Below are positions 34,739 to 45,450 of a DNA stretch of 64,000 nt, one piece after another (within the stretch, counting starts at the first letter, position 1; each line of letters starts with the position of its first letter). The notes under the pieces are model-generated. The model saw only the letters and a list, made by a program, of their open reading frames with translations. It made no database searches and had not been told where the DNA came from. The stretch lies in NCBI GenBank assembly GCA_040754475.1, contig JBFMCN010000007.1, positions 10,296 to 74,295 on the forward strand. Reading direction: 5' to 3'. Both the position numbers and the translations under genes were made by a program. Origin of the DNA: Actinomycetota bacterium. GTDB taxonomy: Bacteria; Actinomycetota; UBA4738; HRBIN12.

Positions 34739-35143
34739 ATGCGTACGACAGAGATCCAGATCGAGACCGAGGGTCGGCGAGTGGTCGACATCACTCCGCT
34801 TGTGCGCCGTTTCGTCGCGGAAGGAAACGAGAGCGGGATCTTGAACATCTTCCTGCCGCACGCAACCGCCGGCCTCGGGCTGATGGAGACGGGATCGGGC
34901 TCCGAAGAGGATCTTGAGGAGCTGATGGAGCGGCTGATGCCGCGCGACGACAGGTACGTGCATCGCCTGGGCTCGCGCGGGCACGGCGGTGACCACCTGC
35001 TCCCGGTGCTCGCAGCCCCGTCTCTCGTTCTGCCCGTGGAGGACGGGGAGCTGGCGATCGGCACGTGGCAGAGTGTTGTCGTCGTGGATCCGAACCTCGA
35101 GAACAATCGTCGCCGCGTCAAGATGTTGATGCTGCCAGGCTGA
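34739..35143 (+). CDS. yjbQ: YjbQ-family (UPF0047) secondary thiamine-phosphate synthase-like protein
   Basis: ITPLV...GILNIFLPHATAGLGLMETGSGSEEDL...GHGGDHL...GTWQSVVVVD matches YjbQ. Starts 3 nt after the preceding stop. Confidence 0.8.
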   Translation: MRTTEIQIETEGRRVVDITPLVRRFVAEGNESGILNIFLPHATAGLGLMETGSGSEEDLEELMERLMPRDDRYVHRLGSRGHGGDHLLPVLAAPSLVLPVEDGELAIGTWQSVVVVDPNLENNRRRVKMLMLPG

Positions 35144-35155
35144 CCGCCCGGCGGA

Positions 35156-35515
35156 CTAGAGGTACTGGCCGGGGGCGAGTTCCCTGCCGTCCATGCGCGA
35201 CGCGACGGCCTGAACGTCGCGTTCACGGAGCAGCAGGTACTCCTCGCCGTTCAGCTCGACCTCGAGCCCCGCTTGGGGCAGGAACAGGATGCGGTCGCCC
35301 ACCTTCGTGGCCCGAACGTCGGGGCCCACGAGCGCAACCTGCCCCCACGTGCATCGCTTAGGAGCGGGCGCGGCCGTGGCCGGGATCAGCAGACCTCCGC
35401 GCGACTTGCGCTCGCCGTGGTCGGGGTGCTGGACGACGATGCGGTCTCCCGTGAGACGAATCTCCTCGTTGCGCTTGCGGCGAGCGCTCGGCGACGTGGT
35501 GGCAGAACGAGGCAT
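35156..35515 (-). CDS. GroES-like (Cpn10-family) protein with N- and C-terminal extensions
   Basis: IRLTGDRIVVQ...ERKSRGGLLIPATAA...GQVALVGPDV..KVGDRILF...EVELNGEEYLLLRERDVQAV aligns along the whole GroES beta-barrel. No CIRCE upstream. Confidence 0.6.
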   Translation of the reverse strand: MPRSATTSPSARRKRNEEIRLTGDRIVVQHPDHGERKSRGGLLIPATAAPAPKRCTWGQVALVGPDVRATKVGDRILFLPQAGLEVELNGEEYLLLRERDVQAVASRMDGRELAPGQYL

Positions 35516-35588
35516 ACGGGTGCGATTCTAGCTGCGCCCGGCCGATTCCCCCGTCCCGCCGGGCAACGTCGGTGCTTCCACGCAGGGG

Positions 35589-36476
35589 GTGGCAAGGCTC
35601 TGTAGGATGCCTCGCGCGATGGAAGCGAAGAAGGTCCTGAAGGAAGCGGTCAAGAGCCTCAAGGCCTCGAAGGCGATCGACCACTGGCAGAAGGACCGAG
35701 AGGCGATCGAGTCGGAGGATCTCCTCACGCACGCCATGGGCGTGGACGAGATCGATCCGGAGGACGAGGTGCCGGCCGGTGTCCTCCGGAGGTTCGAGCG
35801 GATGGTCGCCCGTCGAGCGACCGGCGAGCCGGTCCAGTTCATCAAGGGATACTCCGAGTTCCGGGGCCTCAAGCTGATCTCAAGACCCGGGGTGTTCGTG
35901 CCGCGCGACTCGACCGAGTTCCTTGCGGAGCAAGCGATCCGGCGCCTTCGACGGCGCAAGCGGCCGATCGCAGTAGACCTCGCTACAGGTGGGGGGCCGG
36001 TGGCGCTGGCCGTCGCGCACGAGACGAGGCGTGTACGGGTCTACGGCACGGACGTATCCACGGCCGCAGTCCGTATGGCTCGGAAGAACGCCGAACGCCT
36101 GCGGCTGCGAGCGACGTTTGTGACCGGAGACCTGTTCGGCGGCCTTCCAGAGGGCCTGGTCGGCAAGGTCGATGTCGTCACGCTCCATCCCCCGTACGTC
36201 GCAAAGCGGGAGTTGAAGGATCTGCCGCTCGAGATTCGGAAGTTCGAGCCGGTCCATACTCTCACCGATCACAGCGAGGACGGGCTCGGCTTGATCGAGC
36301 GCGCCGCCGCCGAGTCGCACGAGTGGCTCCGCAAGGGTGGCTGGCTTCTGATCGAGGTGAGCCCGGACCGTGCCAGGTCGGTTGCGCGTATCCTGCGCGC
36401 GCATGGGTTCCGCGACGTGCGGAGCACGGCCGGCGGAGAGCTGAAGGTCACTCGGGTCGTCGTCGGACGTCTTTGA
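35589..36476 (+). CDS. HemK/PrmC-like SAM-dependent methyltransferase (HPPY variant of the NPPY motif)
   Basis: VDLATGGGPVALAV...YGTDVS...VVTLHPPYV; the start may be the internal Met at 35619. Confidence 0.65.
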   Translation: MARLCRMPRAMEAKKVLKEAVKSLKASKAIDHWQKDREAIESEDLLTHAMGVDEIDPEDEVPAGVLRRFERMVARRATGEPVQFIKGYSEFRGLKLISRPGVFVPRDSTEFLAEQAIRRLRRRKRPIAVDLATGGGPVALAVAHETRRVRVYGTDVSTAAVRMARKNAERLRLRATFVTGDLFGGLPEGLVGKVDVVTLHPPYVAKRELKDLPLEIRKFEPVHTLTDHSEDGLGLIERAAAESHEWLRKGGWLLIEVSPDRARSVARILRAHGFRDVRSTAGGELKVTRVVVGRL

Positions 36477-36505
36477 CGCCCAGCCAGGTGGAGGTGTGTG
36501 CCGCT

Positions 36506-37096
36506 GTGAGGAATGCATCACGGAATAGCCGGATCCTCAGTGTGGGCGGCGTCGCGGCAGTCGCCGTCACTTGTGGGGTCATGCTTCTGGGCTGTGCGAC
36601 GGACAACGGCGGGAGCACGGGCACATCGGGCTCCGGGCGGGTTCGGGTCGCGGGGCCGGCGCGGACCAGCTTGTTCGAGCCCGGGGAGGAGGTCCCGAGC
36701 TTCTCAGCTCCGGCGCTTGGGGGCGGCCGGATCGAATGGGAGACTTACCGGGGGCGGCCCGTCGTCCTTGTTCTCTGGATGCTTTCGTGCCCCCACTGCC
36801 GGGCCGAGCTGCCAGTCCTCGCCAGCGTGGCGAAGGACTTCACGAACGTGGCTTTGGTCGCGATCACGTGCGGGATCGGACAGGGCGAGTTGTCTTCGGT
36901 TGAGGAGTACATGGAAGACGGCGGGCTAACGTTCCCGGTCGCTGTGGACGACGAGAGCGACACGCTGGCTCGGGCTTTCGGCATTCGGTACGTCCCGACC
37001 ATCTACTTCGTGGAATCGGACGGGAGAGTGTTCCGCGTGGTCGAAGGGGAGTCACCCGAGGCGACACTCCGGGGGCTGTTCGAGGCGCTCGACTGA
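36506..37096 (+). CDS. TlpA/ResA-like thioredoxin-fold lipoprotein
   Basis: Lipobox LLGCAT, thioredoxin active site WMLSCPHCRAE. GTG at 36506 chosen inside track ORF 36323..37096. Confidence 0.75.
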   Translation: MRNASRNSRILSVGGVAAVAVTCGVMLLGCATDNGGSTGTSGSGRVRVAGPARTSLFEPGEEVPSFSAPALGGGRIEWETYRGRPVVLVLWMLSCPHCRAELPVLASVAKDFTNVALVAITCGIGQGELSSVEEYMEDGGLTFPVAVDDESDTLARAFGIRYVPTIYFVESDGRVFRVVEGESPEATLRGLFEALD

Positions 37097-37123
37097 CCCG
37101 GCGCTCGTCTCTTGCCCCGGTGC

Positions 37124-38191
37124 TCAGCCGCCGATCATCGACATGCTGCGCTCGGGCCGAAGGAAATCCGGGTGGTTGATCCGGTGGCCCGACCACTTGC
37201 GCCGCAGACTTATGCGGATAAGGAGGGCGATCTCGTCGTCGGCGGCCCCCGAGCGCAGTGGTGCGCGCAGGTCGGTCTCCTCGAGGGCGAACAGACATGC
37301 GCGGAGCTGGCCCTCGGCCGTGAGGCGGATGCGGTTGCAGCCGTCGCAGAACGGCTCGGTCACCGGTGAGATCACGCCGATTCCGCCGGGTGCGCCGTCG
37401 GCGAAGACGAAGCTCGTGGCCGGGTCGTTGTCGCGGGCGATGGCAACGAGGGGGTACACGCGGTCGATCGCCTCGACGATCGATGCCGATGGGACGACCT
37501 TGGCCCGCTCCCAGGCGCGTTCTGCGTCGAGCGGCATGTACTCGATGAACCGCACCGTGTAGCCGGCCTCCCTCGCCCAGCGGGCGAAGTCGACGACCTC
37601 GTCCTCGTTCCGGCCCCTGATCACGACGCTGTTGATCTTCCGGGGGGCGAGGCCCGCGGCGCGGGCGGGGCGGCGGCCCGCCCGCGCCCTCTCGAGCGCG
37701 TCTCGCCGTGTCATCTCGGCGAAGCGGTGGCGCATGAGCGAGTCGCACGACACAGTGACACGGTCGAGGCCGGCCTCGGCGAGGGGTCCGGCCAGGCGAT
37801 CGAGAAGCAAGCCGTTCGTGGTCATCGAGATGTCGAGGTTGGGCCCCGCGCGCCGGAACATCCGGATCAGATCGGGGAGCTCGGCCCGGACGGTGGGCTC
37901 GCCACCCGTGACCTTGACCGAGCGCACGCCCAGCGAGACGAAGATCTCCAAGAGCCGGGAGAGCTCCTCGAACGTGAGCAGCTCCCTCCGCGGCAGCCAC
38001 CGCAGCCCGTTCGACGGCATGCAGTACGTGCAGCGGAGGTTGCAGCGATCGGTCACGGATACGCGCAGGTCATCCACCACGCGCCCGAACCCGTCCACGA
38101 GCGGACCGATTGCCGGCGCAGGGGTCGAGGGCGGTCTCAAGCCGACGTTGCTCATGCCTAGGGTGACCAGCGTAACGGTTACAGCCTCCAA
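37124..38191 (-). CDS. moaA: GTP 3',8-cyclase (molybdenum cofactor biosynthesis protein A)
   Basis: Radical-SAM CNLRCTYCMP, KVTGGEP, C-terminal FCDGCNRIRLTAEGQLRACLF. The start may be the Met at about 38152. Confidence 0.9.
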   Translation of the reverse strand: MEAVTVTLVTLGMSNVGLRPPSTPAPAIGPLVDGFGRVVDDLRVSVTDRCNLRCTYCMPSNGLRWLPRRELLTFEELSRLLEIFVSLGVRSVKVTGGEPTVRAELPDLIRMFRRAGPNLDISMTTNGLLLDRLAGPLAEAGLDRVTVSCDSLMRHRFAEMTRRDALERARAGRRPARAAGLAPRKINSVVIRGRNEDEVVDFARWAREAGYTVRFIEYMPLDAERAWERAKVVPSASIVEAIDRVYPLVAIARDNDPATSFVFADGAPGGIGVISPVTEPFCDGCNRIRLTAEGQLRACLFALEETDLRAPLRSGAADDEIALLIRISLRRKWSGHRINHPDFLRPERSMSMIGG

Positions 38192-38277
38192 CGGCCGAGC
38201 GTGCTCGGGGCGCTGGCGGCCGCTGCCGGCTGAGGCGTACGTGAGCCGCCAGCCGCGCGGTCTGGCAGGATAGACGC

Positions 38278-38784
38278 GTGGATTCGGAAGGGTTCCGGAC
38301 CGCGGTGGTTACCGTCTCCGACGGCGTGTCTGGGGGCACCCGGACGGACGAGTCCGGCGATCTCGCTGGCTCGATGCTGTCAGACGCCGGCTTCGAGGTC
38401 GCCGAGCGCTCTGTCGTTCCCGACGAGCGCCCATGGATCGAGTCCATGCTGGTGGGACTGGCCGAACGCGGATTCAGCCTCGTCGTGACGACGGGAGGCA
38501 CGGGGTTCGGGCCCCGCGACGTCACTCCTGAGGCGACACGCGCCGTCATCGACCGGGAGGCGCCGGGCCTGGCCGAGCTCATGCGGCGCGTGGGCCTGGA
38601 GAAGACGCCGATGGCGGCTCTGTCCCGCGGCGTCGCCGGCTGCCGTGCGGGGACGCTGATCCTGAACCTGCCGGGCAGCCCGAAGGGTGTCCGCGAGAGC
38701 CTCGAGGCCGTGCTTCCGATCCTGTTCCATGCGCTGGAGCTGCTCGCGGGGAGGACCTGCACCCATCCGCCGGGGTGCGCGTGA
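38278..38784 (+). CDS. moaB: MoaB/MogA-family molybdopterin adenylyltransferase-like protein
   Basis: [10 protein letters not shown]...[19 protein letters not shown]...LSRGVAG matches the MoCF_biosynth domain. Confidence 0.85.
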   Translation: MDSEGFRTAVVTVSDGVSGGTRTDESGDLAGSMLSDAGFEVAERSVVPDERPWIESMLVGLAERGFSLVVTTGGTGFGPRDVTPEATRAVIDREAPGLAELMRRVGLEKTPMAALSRGVAGCRAGTLILNLPGSPKGVRESLEAVLPILFHALELLAGRTCTHPPGCA

Positions 38785-38812
38785 GCGCCCCGCGTGGGCC
38801 TCGGAGCTTCCG

Positions 38813-39571
38813 GTGAGCAAGAGCCCGCGCCACGTCCGGAAGAACCGGCGGTTCTGGGACCACCTGAGCGATGAGTACCAGGCGCTGCACGCGCGCCAGC
38901 TCAACCGCTGGGACCGCCCCGTCTGGGGGGTGTGGTCGATCCCGGAATCCAAGCTACAGGTGCTCGGCGACGTCGCCGGCAAGGACGTCCTGGAGTTCGG
39001 CTGCGGCGGCGGGCAGTGGTCGATCTACCTCTCGCGGATGGGTGCCCGACCGGTCGGGTTGGATCTGTCGATCGGGCAGCTCCGACACGCCAAGCGGCTG
39101 ATGGCGGAGGCCGGGGTGTGGTTTCCGATCGTGAGCGCGAACGCCGAGCGGGCGCCGTTCGCGGACGAGAGCTTCGACGTCGTGTTCTGCGACCACGGGG
39201 CGATGACGTTCGCCGATCCTCGTCGCACCGTGCCGGAGGCGTCGCGCCTGCTCCGGCCGGGCGGCCTGTTCGCCTTCAACATCGCCAGCTCGTTGATCTT
39301 CCTGTGCTGGGACACCGAAGGGGAACGGGCAGACGAGAGGCTGCACCGCGACTACTTCGGCATGCACAAGTGGGACGAGGAATCTGTGGACTTCCAGCTT
39401 CCATACGGCGAGTGGATCCGGCTCTTCCGCTCGAACGGGTTGGAAGTCGAGGACCTGATCGAGCCACGCCCGGGCCCCAGGGCCAGGAGCACATACGACC
39501 TGGCCACCCTCGAGTGGGCCCGGCGGTTCCCCGCGGAGAGCATCTGGAAGCTCCGCAAGCGGGTCGCCTAG
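38813..39571 (+). CDS. class I SAM-dependent methyltransferase (Methyltransf_11-like)
   Basis: VLEFGCGGGQWSIYLSRMGARPVGLDLS motif I and DVVFCDH. GTG at 38813 chosen inside the track ORF. Its stop is 1 nt before the sulfatase start. Confidence 0.7.
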   Translation: MSKSPRHVRKNRRFWDHLSDEYQALHARQLNRWDRPVWGVWSIPESKLQVLGDVAGKDVLEFGCGGGQWSIYLSRMGARPVGLDLSIGQLRHAKRLMAEAGVWFPIVSANAERAPFADESFDVVFCDHGAMTFADPRRTVPEASRLLRPGGLFAFNIASSLIFLCWDTEGERADERLHRDYFGMHKWDEESVDFQLPYGEWIRLFRSNGLEVEDLIEPRPGPRARSTYDLATLEWARRFPAESIWKLRKRVA

Positions 39572-39572
39572 C

Positions 39573-40979
39573 GTGCGACGGGGTGCCGAGCCTCGCGAGC
39601 CCGCCGTCGCGGTGGTCCTCGCCGTTGTGGTCCTGGCGGTCGCGGCGTTCAGGCCGTTCCCGCAGGTCCCCACCGATCTCCGGCCGAACATCGTAGTGAT
39701 CCTGTCGGACGACCAGTCATTCGACTCCCTGCCTCACGACCCGCCGGTGATGCCACGGCTGCAGGCGACGATCGACGATCACAACGGCCACTGGGTCTCC
39801 TTTCCGAACGCGTTCGTGAGCACGCCGCTCTGCTGCCCTTCGCGCGCGACGATCCTCACCGGCCGGTACTCGCACAACACGGGCGTGCAGACGAACGACC
39901 TGGCCGACCTTCTCGACGATGGCTCGACCGTGGCCACCTGGCTGCAGGGCGCCGGCTACTACACCGGCCTGTTCGGCAAGTACCTGAACGGCTATCCGTT
40001 CGGGTACTCGACCTTCGTGCCCCCGGGATGGGACAGGTGGCTGGGGCGGCTACAGGCGGGCCAGTCGTCGCTTTACTACAACTACGTCCTTGTCGATCAA
40101 GGATTCCCTGTAGCCCACGGGAGCGCCCCCTCCGATTACTCGACCGACGTCCACGCCGCGGCCGCCGCGGACTTCATCCGAACCGCTCCCGCGGACCGAC
40201 CGTTCTTTCTGGCGGTGACCCCGTCCGGGCCGCACCGCCCGTGGACTCCCGCGCCGCGGGACACCGGTGCGTACGCCGACATGGCGATAGCAGCGCCGGG
40301 GAGCATCGGTGAGGGCGACGTGTCGGACAAGCCGGCGTGGGTGCGGGCGCTGCGCCCGATGTCCCGCGAGCGTCTCCAGCAGCTCGACGGGATCCACAGG
40401 CGGTCGTTCGAGACGCTCCGATCCGTCGACCGGCTCGTGGCGGGCGTGGTGAAGGCGCTGCGTAGGCGCGGAGCGCTCGACCGAACGATCATCTTCTTCC
40501 TCACCGACAACGGCTTCTCCTTCGGCGCGCACAGGTGGACGAGCAAGGGCTGCCCTTACGAAGAGTGCGTCCGTACGCCGTTCTTCGTGCGGGTGCCCGG
40601 GGCTGTTGCCCGCGTGGACGGGCACTTGATCTCGAACGTGGATCTGGCGCCCACGTTCGCCGAGCTGGCCGGGAGTGCCCCGGCCTCTCCCGTGGACGGT
40701 CGGAGCCTGGTGCCGCTCCTGGAGGGCTCCACCGTGCCCGATTGGCCCGACGGCGTGCTCCTTGAGTACGTGGGCGACGCTCACATTCCGCCGTGGCGGG
40801 CGATCCGCACGGAGGAGTTCGCCTACGTGGAGTACGCGACGGGCGAGCGCGAGCTCTACGACCTCACCGGGCGCCTGGGCTCCCCGGATCCCTACGAGCT
40901 GGAGAACAGGGTCTCCGATCCCGCCTACGCGGGGCTCCGAGCCGATCTCGCGGCACGGCTAGAACGCCTCGCCGGCTGA
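39573..40979 (+). CDS. Cys-type sulfatase (formylglycine-dependent)
   Basis: [10 protein letters not shown], sulfatase signature [13 protein letters not shown] (C-x-P-x-R), and an N-terminal signal/TM segment. Confidence 0.85.
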   Translation: MRRGAEPREPAVAVVLAVVVLAVAAFRPFPQVPTDLRPNIVVILSDDQSFDSLPHDPPVMPRLQATIDDHNGHWVSFPNAFVSTPLCCPSRATILTGRYSHNTGVQTNDLADLLDDGSTVATWLQGAGYYTGLFGKYLNGYPFGYSTFVPPGWDRWLGRLQAGQSSLYYNYVLVDQGFPVAHGSAPSDYSTDVHAAAAADFIRTAPADRPFFLAVTPSGPHRPWTPAPRDTGAYADMAIAAPGSIGEGDVSDKPAWVRALRPMSRERLQQLDGIHRRSFETLRSVDRLVAGVVKALRRRGALDRTIIFFLTDNGFSFGAHRWTSKGCPYEECVRTPFFVRVPGAVARVDGHLISNVDLAPTFAELAGSAPASPVDGRSLVPLLEGSTVPDWPDGVLLEYVGDAHIPPWRAIRTEEFAYVEYATGERELYDLTGRLGSPDPYELENRVSDPAYAGLRADLAARLERLAG

Positions 40980-40998
40980 ACAGGCTCTCCCCGACGCG

Positions 40999-42621
40999 GT
41001 GCCTGGGCGTGCTGCTACTGTCTGCGCCGTGCAGTACACGCCCGGTCCCGGCTCTCGCCTCCCGGTGCCGCGCTCGCGCCGCCTCCTTGCACGGCGCCGA
41101 GCCGCCCGGCGCAAGGGCTTCCTAGTGGTCCTCGCGGCCCTGTGCCTGTTCATCGGGTGGAGAGCCTGGCCGAAGGGGGGAGGTACGGAGAGCGCGGGTG
41201 GGAGCCCAACCCCCGGGGGAACAGGCGGGACCGGTGCCACGTCCACCCCGAGCTCAAGCAGCGAGCCCGGCGCCTCCCCGATCGAGCACGTCGTCTTCAT
41301 CGTCAAGGAGAACCGAACCTTCAACAACTACTTCGCGACCTACCCGGGAGCCGAGGGGACGACCGAGGGCGGAACGATCGAGTGCACCGAGAACGGCTGC
41401 GAGGACGGACCGGTCGTGCAGCTCGAGCATGCGGAGGATACCCAGCCGCACGACCTGACCCACTGCTTCCGGTGCGGCCTCGTCGCGATCAACGACGGGA
41501 GGATGAACGGCTTCAACTGGATGAACGGAGTCATCCCGACCACTGCGGAGAAGGCCCTTCTCTACGGCCACGACTTGAGCGGATACGTGTATCACGACCG
41601 CGACACGCTGCCGAGCTACTGGGCCTATGCGGATCGGTTCGTGCTCGCCGACCAGTTCTTCACGTCCATGTACGGGCCCACCCTCCCGGAGCACCTGTAC
41701 GCGGTGGCGGCTCAGGCGAACGACATCGTCGACAACAAGAGCACAACAGACCACCCGAACAGCTATTGCGATGATCCCACCGAGAGCGCGACCCGGTTCG
41801 AGCAGCATCTCTCTGCGGGAGAGGTCCGCCTGATCATGCAGCTGGAGGAGGAGATCGCACGGAACGGGTCGAATACCTGGGATCTGGCGAAGTACTGGGA
41901 CAGCGTCCGATTGTGCTTCGACATCAAGGTGCTGCCCGACCAGCTCGAGGAGGCCGGGATCTCCTGGAAGTACTACGCGAACGAGAACTCGTGGATGAAC
42001 GCCCTCCAGATGATCAGGCACGTTCGCTACAGCTCGATGTGGAGCAAGGTGCGCCCCCCCGAGGAGTTCGTCCAGGACGTTCGCGACGGAGAGATGGCCC
42101 AGGTCTCCTGGATCATCCCCTCTGAGTCCTACAACGAGCACCCGGGTGGCGAGAAGAGCGTGTGCGCCGGCGAGAACTGGACCGTGCACCAGGTCAACAC
42201 GATCATGAAGAGCGAGTACTGGGAATCGACCGTGATCGTGGTCGTGTGGGACGACTTCGGTGGGTTCTACGATCCGGTCGTCCCGCCGCACTACGACATC
42301 ATGGGGCTCGGTCCCCGCACCCCCGCCCTCATCATCTCGCCGTACACGAGGCAGGGAGACAACCCCAACGGCGGTTATGTGGACCACACCGTGTACGAGT
42401 TCTCCTCGGTCCTCGCGTTCATCGAGCAGATCTTCGAGTTGGAGCCGATGACCGAACGGGACGCGGACGCAAGTCCGCTGGCCGGCGCGTTCGATTTCGA
42501 GCATCCGAACTTCGAGAAGCTCGTCCTGCCGCTCCGTCAGGACTGCCCCTACGGGACGTCGTTCGCGCACTTCCGGGCGAGCTGGCCCTACCTGCGGACG
42601 ATCGGCTCACAGAAGGACTGA
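40999..42621 (+). CDS. phosphoesterase-family protein (phospholipase C / AcpA acid phosphatase family), membrane-anchored
   Basis: [26 protein letters not shown]-terminal motif and C-terminal [11 protein letters not shown]. Confidence 0.85.
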   Translation: MPGRAATVCAVQYTPGPGSRLPVPRSRRLLARRRAARRKGFLVVLAALCLFIGWRAWPKGGGTESAGGSPTPGGTGGTGATSTPSSSSEPGASPIEHVVFIVKENRTFNNYFATYPGAEGTTEGGTIECTENGCEDGPVVQLEHAEDTQPHDLTHCFRCGLVAINDGRMNGFNWMNGVIPTTAEKALLYGHDLSGYVYHDRDTLPSYWAYADRFVLADQFFTSMYGPTLPEHLYAVAAQANDIVDNKSTTDHPNSYCDDPTESATRFEQHLSAGEVRLIMQLEEEIARNGSNTWDLAKYWDSVRLCFDIKVLPDQLEEAGISWKYYANENSWMNALQMIRHVRYSSMWSKVRPPEEFVQDVRDGEMAQVSWIIPSESYNEHPGGEKSVCAGENWTVHQVNTIMKSEYWESTVIVVVWDDFGGFYDPVVPPHYDIMGLGPRTPALIISPYTRQGDNPNGGYVDHTVYEFSSVLAFIEQIFELEPMTERDADASPLAGAFDFEHPNFEKLVLPLRQDCPYGTSFAHFRASWPYLRTIGSQKD

Positions 42622-42659
42622 ACGTCCGCGGGCGCCCGCTGCGCGGCGGCACGGCCCCG

Positions 42660-44021
42660 TCAATCGTCGGGGAACTTGGGGCCCTGGCAGTCGGTCCGAA
42701 GCGGCAAGGGGTCGGGCTCTCGCGGCTCCTGTGTGAAGTCGAAGGCCGAGATCAGCGGGGTGGCGTCCCTGTCGCGGTGCGTTAGCTGCGAGAGGCCCCA
42801 GTTGTCCTCCATGAACCTGAGCACGCTGGAGAACTCGCCGAGCTCGCCGGTCACGTACCCGCGCTTCGCGTAGGGGCTGATGATCAGCAGCGGAACGCGG
42901 ATCCCGAAACCGAAGTTGTCCACCTGCGGTGGGGGAACGTGATCGTAGAAGCCCCCGTAGTCGTCCCATGTGATGAAGATCGCGGTGTTCTTCCACAGGG
43001 GGCTGTTCATGATTGCGTTCACGATCTCGGTGGTCCAGTTCTCTCCGTGGCAGAAGCTGTACTCCGGGTGGTCGGAGAGCTCGAAGCGCGGTGTGACCCA
43101 GGTGACCGGCGCCAGGATCCCGGCCTCGACGTGCTCGACGAAGTCGTCCACCGGAAACACATGGCTCTGCCAGACCTTGGGGTTCTCGCGGATGTGGCGA
43201 ACCGCGTCGTAGGCGGACCAAAGGTATCCGTTCTGCATGTTGGTCGCCGAGTAGTAGGTCCACGGGATTCCGGCCTCGGTTAGCAGGTCCCCCTCGGTCA
43301 GGAAGTCGAAGCACGGCGGCACCTTCTTCACCACTCCCTCCCGGTCCTCCACCTCGATGTAGGCTTCCTCGATCGAGTCGCACCCCCAGGCCTTGAACAA
43401 CCCCGTGGAGCGGTGACGTTCTCGGAGCAGGTCTAGGTTCTGGGTCGGGTTGTCGTGCGTGCCCCCCGACTGTGCCGCGATGGTGTACAGGTGGTTGGGG
43501 AACGATGGCCCCTGGGCGCTCGCGAAGAAGTTGTCGCCGAGCACGAACTCCTCCGCCCAGTGCCAGTAGTTCGGGAGGTCCTGGGGGAGGTACTGCGTGT
43601 ACGCGTACAGGTCGGCCGACTCGCCGACCGCTGCGAACCCGTCCATCTTCCCCTCGTTGTAGGCCTGGAGCGCGCACTCGTAGCAGTGCTTGATGTCCTC
43701 AGGGAGTCGATCCGGGCTCCGGGTCAGTGGGCGAACCTGCCCCTGGTCGAGCCCGGTCGTCACGCCGTCGGCGCCCGGGAACCGGCCGTACATGTTGTCG
43801 AAGGTGCGGTTCTCCTTGATGACGAACACGATGTGCTTGATCGGCCAGCGCGTGTGGATCGCCGCGGCGTTCACGCGGGTGGGGCGTTTGCCCAGAGAGG
43901 CCGGCGGCACAGGGTTCCAGCTCGCCATCTCGTTCGAGCACGCGACGGTGATCAGCACGAGGGCCAGCAGGGTTCCGGCGGTCCGCACGAACGCACGAGC
44001 GTTCCGGGGCATCCGGAGCAC
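42660..44021 (-). CDS. phosphoesterase-family protein (phospholipase C / AcpA family), paralog
   Basis: KHIVFVIKENRTFDNMYGRFPGADG, ITWDDYGGFYDH; N-terminal signal/lipobox VACS. Convergent with the 40999..42621 paralog. Confidence 0.85.
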   Translation of the reverse strand: MLRMPRNARAFVRTAGTLLALVLITVACSNEMASWNPVPPASLGKRPTRVNAAAIHTRWPIKHIVFVIKENRTFDNMYGRFPGADGVTTGLDQGQVRPLTRSPDRLPEDIKHCYECALQAYNEGKMDGFAAVGESADLYAYTQYLPQDLPNYWHWAEEFVLGDNFFASAQGPSFPNHLYTIAAQSGGTHDNPTQNLDLLRERHRSTGLFKAWGCDSIEEAYIEVEDREGVVKKVPPCFDFLTEGDLLTEAGIPWTYYSATNMQNGYLWSAYDAVRHIRENPKVWQSHVFPVDDFVEHVEAGILAPVTWVTPRFELSDHPEYSFCHGENWTTEIVNAIMNSPLWKNTAIFITWDDYGGFYDHVPPPQVDNFGFGIRVPLLIISPYAKRGYVTGELGEFSSVLRFMEDNWGLSQLTHRDRDATPLISAFDFTQEPREPDPLPLRTDCQGPKFPDD

Positions 44022-44031
44022 TCTATACGGT

Positions 44032-45450
44032 TCAGGCAGGCTGCAGCTCGCGGCGGTTCTTGCGGACGTACTTGCGCCAGTGCTCCTGCCCCTCTTGGGG
44101 GAGGGTGTAGACGGGGTCGTAGTAGGCGTACTCGCGCTCGAGGGCGCCGGGATCGTCGTGCTCGATGCCGGTGCGATAGTTCTTCCGCCAATACGAGATG
44201 CCGAGGATGCGGTCGTAGCGACTGACCATGTGCACCCAGCGCTTGCCGACCAATGGGACGTCGCACGCGACGCGCGGCGTGGCGAACCCTGGCAGATACC
44301 CCATGATGGCGAACTGCAGCTCCTGCGCCTCGGCGATCGAGGTCCGCCAGTGCTCGGCGTTCGGGATCATGTCGCACTGGTAGAAGTAGTACGGGATCAC
44401 CTTGGCGTGGTCGATGAGCATGAAGCACAGCTCGAGGAGCTGCTCGGGCGTCGTGTTCACTCCTCGAAGCAGCACTCCCTGGTTCCGGACGTCCCGGTAG
44501 CCCATGTTGAGGAACGTCCGGACGGCTCTCGCGACCAGCGGCGTTACCTGTTGCGCGTTGTTGATGTGCGTGTGGATCGCGATCTCGACGTCCCTCTCGC
44601 GCGCCCGCTTCACGATCCGCTCATAGCCCCGCAGGACCTCTTCCTGCAGGAAGTGCTGTGGGATACCCATCAGTCCCTTCGTGGCCAGGCGCACGTCGCG
44701 GATGTTCGGTAGGTCGATGAGCTTCGTGAGGAAGGCCTCGAGACGGGCGATCGGTATGTTCGCGATGTCGCCGCCGGAGACCACGACGTCCCGGACAGAC
44801 GGCGTCCGGCGCAGGTAGTCGAGCATCGCGTCCCACCGCTCGTTCTGCTTCAGCTCGAACTTGTACTTGAGGACCTGTGTCGTGTCGTTCCCGACGAGGT
44901 CCATGCGCGTGCAGTGGCCGCAGTACTGCGGGCACGTCGGGATCATCTCCGCGAGCACCTTGGTCGGGTAGCGGTGGGTGAGCCCCTCGACCGCCCACAT
45001 GTCGGCCTCGTGGAGGCTGTCGCGCCTGGCCATCGGGTGGCTGGTCCACTCGGGGTGGCGGTCGGAGAAGGCCGGAGCCATGTAGCGGCGGACGGGGTCG
45101 TTCCGCAGATCCTGCTCGTTCATCGTGTTGACCATCTGGGGCGGGATGAGCATCGACATCGTCGCCCGCTCCCGCTGGTCTCGTTCGATGTCGGAGTACA
45201 GCTCGTCGTCGAGATGATCCCCGAGGGCGCGCTTCAGCTCGACGAGGTTCTTCACCGTGTGGGCGCGCTGCCACTGCGCGCTCTCCCACTGCTCCTTCGC
45301 CACGTCGGTGAAGCCGGGGAGGCGCGTCCAGTCGGACTCGACGAACTCCCTTCGGAGCGGGTATTCGAAGGGCTGCTGCGCCGCGCGGACATTGCCGGTG
45401 TCGCGCTTTGGGCGCTGGGCCGCTCTGCCCGTGCCCTGCCGCTCGCTCAA
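44032..45450 (-). CDS. kamA: KamA-family radical-SAM aminomutase (lysine 2,3-aminomutase-like)
   Basis: [11 protein letters not shown]...[10 protein letters not shown] (CxxxCxxC), [37 protein letters not shown]; colinear with clostridial KamA. Confidence 0.85.
   Translation of the reverse strand: MSERQGTGRAAQRPKRDTGNVRAAQQPFEYPLRREFVESDWTRLPGFTDVAKEQWESAQWQRAHTVKNLVELKRALGDHLDDELYSDIERDQRERATMSMLIPPQMVNTMNEQDLRNDPVRRYMAPAFSDRHPEWTSHPMARRDSLHEADMWAVEGLTHRYPTKVLAEMIPTCPQYCGHCTRMDLVGNDTTQVLKYKFELKQNERWDAMLDYLRRTPSVRDVVVSGGDIANIPIARLEAFLTKLIDLPNIRDVRLATKGLMGIPQHFLQEEVLRGYERIVKRARERDVEIAIHTHINNAQQVTPLVARAVRTFLNMGYRDVRNQGVLLRGVNTTPEQLLELCFMLIDHAKVIPYYFYQCDMIPNAEHWRTSIAEAQELQFAIMGYLPGFATPRVACDVPLVGKRWVHMVSRYDRILGISYWRKNYRTGIEHDDPGALEREYAYYDPVYTLPQEGQEHWRKYVRKNRRELQPA

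Noticed and set aside
38153-38277. Possible Moco riboswitch in the moaA/moaB divergent region
   Set aside because: The region is only about 125 nt and shared by two promoters, too short for the ~140-nt Moco RNA motif. No conserved motif blocks were recognised.
41254-42570. 438-aa minus-strand ORF
   Set aside because: Antisense to the plus-strand phosphoesterase with conserved family motifs.
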